64,000 nucleotides of DNA from an uncultured Spirochaetota bacterium (lineage in GTDB: Bacteria > Spirochaetota > Spirochaetia > SZUA-6 > Fen-1364): assembly GCA_963845535.1 (NCBI GenBank), contig CAWJSK010000012.1:608001-672000 (forward strand), in the 5' to 3' direction. The notes under the pieces are model-generated. The model was given only the letters and a program-made list of their open reading frames with translations. It was not told the origin of the DNA and did not search any database. The position numbers were made by a program, and so were the translations under genes. This document shows positions 60,208-64,000 of this stretch, piece by piece. The stretch's first letter is position 1. Every line of letters begins with the position of its first letter.

Positions 60208-61257
60208 CTATTGCTTCAGTGACGCCATATCGATCACGAATCGATACTTCACGTCGCTCTTCAGCAGGCGCTCGTAGGCCCGGTTGATCTGCTGGATGCG
60301 GATCTTTTCGATGTCGCACGTGATCCCGTGAGCCGCGCAGAAGTCGAGCATTTCCTGCGTCTCCCGTATCCCGCCGATATTGGAGCCGGCAAAGCTGATT
60401 CGCTTGCCGGTCAGCATGAAAACGGAGACAGGAAGCGGGTCCGACGGAAGGCCCACCTGGACGAGCGTCCTGTCGCGCTTCAGGAGCGAGAGGTAAGCGT
60501 TGATGTCGTGCTTCGCGGATACGGTGTCCAGGACGAAATCGAACCTGTTCTGGTTCTTCTTCATCTGCGCTGCGTCCTTGGAGACCACCACCTCGTGCGC
60601 GCCCAGGCGGAGGGCATCCTCCTTCTTTCCCTTGGACGTGGTGAACACCACCACTTCGGCGCCGAGCGCCCGGGCCAGCTTCACGCCCATGTGGCCCAGG
60701 CCGCCGAGCCCGACCACACCCACTCTCTGCCCCTTGCCCACTTTCCAGCGGCGCAGCGGCGAATACGTGGTGATGCCGGCGCACAGAAGCGGCGCGGCGG
60801 AGGCAAGGTCCAGCTTTGCGGGCACGTGGACCACGAAGGCCTCATCCACAACGATTCTCTCGGAGTACCCTCCATAGGTCATCCCTCCGAAACGCGTGTC
60901 CTCGCTGTTGTACGTCCACGTGGGGCCGGCCTCGCAGTACTGCTCGAGGCCCTCCTTGCAGCTCGCGCACGTGCGGCAGGAATACACCATGCAGCCCACC
61001 CCGGCGGTGTCCCCTTCCTTGAGCTTCCTCACCTGCGGGCCCGCGGCCGCCACTCTGCCAACGATCTCATGGCCGGGGACGATGGGAAACGTGCTTCCGC
61101 GCCAGTCGTTGCGCACCTGGTGCAGGTCGGAATGACAGACCCCGCAGTACTGGATGTCGATCACGATGTCATGGGGGCCCGGTTCCCTTCTTTGAAAGCT
61201 GAAAGGAGCAAGGGGCGATGTCGCGCTCTTGGCTGCGTAGCCACGAACTGTGCTCAT
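60208..61257 (-). CDS. NAD(P)-dependent zinc alcohol dehydrogenase (cinnamyl ADH family)
   Basis: CGVCHSD, PGHEIVG, CRTCASC..EQYC, APLLCAGITTYSPL, GLGGLGHMG, YRFVID. Confidence 0.95.
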   Translation of the reverse strand: MSTVRGYAAKSATSPLAPFSFQRREPGPHDIVIDIQYCGVCHSDLHQVRNDWRGSTFPIVPGHEIVGRVAAAGPQVRKLKEGDTAGVGCMVYSCRTCASCKEGLEQYCEAGPTWTYNSEDTRFGGMTYGGYSERIVVDEAFVVHVPAKLDLASAAPLLCAGITTYSPLRRWKVGKGQRVGVVGLGGLGHMGVKLARALGAEVVVFTTSKGKKEDALRLGAHEVVVSKDAAQMKKNQNRFDFVLDTVSAKHDINAYLSLLKRDRTLVQVGLPSDPLPVSVFMLTGKRISFAGSNIGGIRETQEMLDFCAAHGITCDIEKIRIQQINRAYERLLKSDVKYRFVIDMASLKQ

Positions 61258-61286
61258 GGGAAACCTCCTTGTGTGCGGCTTTCGCT

Positions 61287-62276
61287 TTACCCGACATTCT
61301 CCCAGGTACCGGATTTCTCCGACCTGAAAAGGGCATCCAGCACTTTCATGTTGTTGATTGCGTCCTGCGGCGGCGTGGGAACATCTCCTTCACCGCGGAC
61401 CGCCCGGGAGAATCCTTCGAACATCTGCTGGTACTGGTCAGCGGCTTGCGTGAAGACGTTCCTCTCCCCCACTCCCGTGGTGACGGTGAGCTTCATGGGG
61501 GAGTCAGGGTAGGCGTTGTACGGCAGGTGGATCCGCATCTCTCCGCCGGAGCCGATCACGTCCACCTTCTGCCAGGAGAACGTCTGCGTGCCCACCGTGA
61601 AGACCGAGCGCGCGCTCCCGAAGTCCAGGATGCCGGAAGCCAGTATGTCCGTCTTGAGCTTGGGGTCCCTGGTCACGAGGCTCACCACGCGTGTGGGCTC
61701 CCGCCCGATCATGAAGCGCGCGGTGGAAACCGCATAACACCCGATGTCGGGGATGCCGCCGCCCCCCATCGACAACACGTTCCTGATGTTGGTGGGGTCG
61801 GTCAGCGTGTAGGTGAAAAGCGTATGCACCGAGTGCACGTCCCCCAGCTCCCCGGCTTTCACGATCTCACGGGCGCGCTGCCACTGCGGATGGAGGCGAT
61901 ACATGAAACCCTCCATGACGCGCACTCCCCTTTTCTCCGCGTGTCGGACGGCATCCTCAGCCTCGCGGGCGTCAAGGGCGAACGGCTTCTCGCACAGGAC
62001 GTGCTTGCCTGCGTCCGCGCACTTCTTCACCCATTCCGCGTGCATGTGGTTGGGAAGCGGGATGTAGACCGCCTCTATTTCCTTGTCCGCCAGAAGCTCC
62101 TCATAGGAGCCATAAGCCCGAGGGATGCCGAACTCCCGGGCAAACGCCTGAGCCTTGTCCCGGGAGCGCGAGGCCACCGCGCGCATCTGCACGAGCGGGG
62201 ACTTCACGACATAGGTATGCACGCGCAGACGATAATGAGTGGAAACCGAAAGGACGCCCCAGACAACTGGCTTCAT
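61287..62276 (-). CDS. Gfo/Idh/MocA family oxidoreductase
   Basis: AVYIPLPNHMH, GKHVLCEKP, MEGFMYRLHPQ, GGGGIPDIGCY. Confidence 0.93.
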   Translation of the reverse strand: MKPVVWGVLSVSTHYRLRVHTYVVKSPLVQMRAVASRSRDKAQAFAREFGIPRAYGSYEELLADKEIEAVYIPLPNHMHAEWVKKCADAGKHVLCEKPFALDAREAEDAVRHAEKRGVRVMEGFMYRLHPQWQRAREIVKAGELGDVHSVHTLFTYTLTDPTNIRNVLSMGGGGIPDIGCYAVSTARFMIGREPTRVVSLVTRDPKLKTDILASGILDFGSARSVFTVGTQTFSWQKVDVIGSGGEMRIHLPYNAYPDSPMKLTVTTGVGERNVFTQAADQYQQMFEGFSRAVRGEGDVPTPPQDAINNMKVLDALFRSEKSGTWENVG

Positions 62277-62335
62277 CTTTCACCTCCGTCATAAAATGAC
62301 TCCGCCCTGTCAGGCGGTCAAGCCTGACGTGACAT

Positions 62336-62830
62336 TCAGGCGCCGTCAGCCGCCGGATCCTGCTCAGTGCGCCGGGTCATGATCCTCGTGGTTCTCCCCT
62401 CGAATCCCGCCCGCTCGCAAAGCTTGACCGTAGCCTTGTCCGCCGCGGCATCAACCTCGATTGCGCAGGTCCCCGCGGGCGCAACCTTGGCAAGCAGCTC
62501 AAGGAAGTCCTCCGCGATCCCATCCCCCCGATGGTCCGGATCCAGGAAAAGCTCATCGATCTTGATTACCGCGGCCCCGTATTCGCTTCTCCATTGGTTG
62601 ACCAGGACGCAATACCCCACGAGGTCCTGCCCTTTTTCGAACAGGAAGATCGATCCGCGGTCAGGATGGCGGGAAAGCTCTCCCACGGTCCGCAGCATTC
62701 TTTCCCGGGAATCCTGTGCGGCTTCCTTACCGGCGGCAGACTGCGCAGCGAGCCGCAGAAGGACGGGCATGTCGTCACGCCGGGGAAGGCGGTAGCATGC
62801 CTTGCTTGTCACAAGGTCATAGTTGAGCAC
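62336..62830 (-). CDS. GNAT family acetyltransferase
   Basis: LVGYCVL...IDELFLDPDHRGDGIA...LCERAGF. Confidence 0.8.
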   Translation of the reverse strand: MLNYDLVTSKACYRLPRRDDMPVLLRLAAQSAAGKEAAQDSRERMLRTVGELSRHPDRGSIFLFEKGQDLVGYCVLVNQWRSEYGAAVIKIDELFLDPDHRGDGIAEDFLELLAKVAPAGTCAIEVDAAADKATVKLCERAGFEGRTTRIMTRRTEQDPAADGA

Positions 62831-62940
62831 GAAGTGAACCTGCCGGGACCATGATTGCAGCTTCGCGGCGGAGGTTCAAGCGTCTGCTTCAGAGCATGAC
62901 AGGCTCCGTCCTTGGTGTCATAATGTTGCAGGGGAGCAAA

Positions 62941-63599
62941 GTGAGAAAGCCAATTATCCTCATTGCAGCCGTATTCCTTTTCGGTGCAGCTCTCGCGCAT
63001 GCCCAGATGGCGAGCCTTTTTCAGCTTGCAAAAGACGGAACACCCGAGAGCATACAAGCCGCCATCAGCAATGGCGCGGATGTGAATGCTTTCGACAAAT
63101 ATGGTCTGACGCCGCTCATGATTGCGGCCAGATTCAATACGATCCCCGAGGTGATCACCACGCTGTTGAAGGCCGGCGCGGTTATCGAGGCACGAGGCTC
63201 GGACGGCTCGACCCCGCTGATGTATGCGGCAGCGAAAAACCAGAACCTCGAGGTGATCACCGCGCTGTTGAAGGCCGGCGCGGATATCACCGCCCGTGAC
63301 GCCAACGGGACGACTCCGCTCATTGCAGCCGCCCTCAGCAACCCGAACCCCATGGTGATCACGACCCTCCTGAAAGCCGGCGCGGACATCGGAGCGCGGA
63401 ACAGGGACGGGTCAACGGTGCTCATGGCAGCAGCAGGGTTCAACCCGAATCCCTGAGGTGATACTGACGCTCTCTGAAGGCCGGGGCGGACGGAAAAGCG
63501 AAGAGCAAGGAGGGAAAGACCGCATTCGATTACGCGCAGTACAACGAAAAACTGAAAGGTACCGACGCTTACTGGAAGCTTAATGAAGCTCAGTATTGA
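62941..63599 (+). CDS. Secreted ankyrin-repeat protein, frameshifted near 63450-63475
   Basis: Signal peptide from GTG 62941; 34-aa repeats G.TPLM.AA..N...EVIT.LLKAGAD. The C-terminal part AGADGKAKSKEGKTAFDYAQ...EAQY ends at TGA 63597-63599 in another frame. Confidence 0.8.
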
Positions 63600-63645
63600 G
63601 AGAGATCAAAAGCCCAAGGCAGGGTAGTCTGGCGGCGTGTCGACT

Positions 63646-64000
63646 CTACTTTCCGACCTTTCTGATGCGCTGGTTGTGGTAATCGGCGATATAGAGGTTC
63701 CCTGCGGCGTCAACCGCAATACCCCAAGGCGAGCTCAACAACGCCGCGGTGGCCACGTTTCCGTCACCTCCGTAACCAGCGCCCAGGTGGAAGTTTCCTG
63801 CCACGGTGCTGATGTTGCCGCTTGTGTCGACTTTTCGAACGACGCTGTTGAGCTGATCTACGATATAGACGTTGCCGGCGGAATCAACAGCAACCCCCGA
63901 CGGCTCGTGAAGCAAGGCTGAGGTGGCAGGGCCGCCGTCCCCTGAGTAGCCTGAGCCCGAGCTCCCGGCGATAGTGCTGATGATCCCGGTCGAATAAGTG
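63646..64000 (-). CDS. NHL-repeat beta-propeller protein; 5' part outside the window
   Basis: PSGVAVDSAGNVYIVD...VVRKVD...PWGIAVDAAGNLYIADYHNQRIRKV. Confidence 0.85.
   Translation of the reverse strand, partial: TYSTGIISTIAGSSGSGYSGDGGPATSALLHEPSGVAVDSAGNVYIVDQLNSVVRKVDTSGNISTVAGNFHLGAGYGGDGNVATAALLSSPWGIAVDAAGNLYIADYHNQRIRKVGK

Overview
GC-rich bacterial chromosomal window. It is most likely from a free-living spirochaete; this is inferred from CheX, a giant FlgD-Ig-tailed secreted protein, the signal-peptide style and a Borrelia-like mevalonate gene set. In order, it holds: (1) a minus-strand chemosensory operon (cheY-cheX-cheA/CheC-like fusion-cheD-cheR-cheB-comFB-HD-GYP-cheW-HEAT protein) behind a consensus sigma54 promoter, next to an NtrC-family activator; (2) a complete ISL3 element with 8-bp target duplication inserted into the toxin of a RelE/HigB-type toxin-antitoxin pair; (3) the most novel locus, about 17.1-24.8 kb: five tandem paralogues of a ~230-aa domain I cannot assign, flanked by a divergent membrane-anchored LysM protein and a convergent PI3K/HipA-like kinase plus PPP-like metallophosphatase; (4) an orphan DNA methyltransferase and housekeeping genes; (5) a ~15.7-kb secreted beta-rich repeat protein gene broken by about 13 frameshifts, probably consensus errors; (6) a complete HMG-CoA-to-IPP/DMAPP mevalonate gene set coupled to an aldolase and an FGGY kinase; (7) a sugar ABC transporter, oxidoreductases, a GNAT, ankyrin and NHL proteins. 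No rRNA, tRNA or CRISPR array was seen. All protein family calls come from motif recognition by eye, not from database searches.
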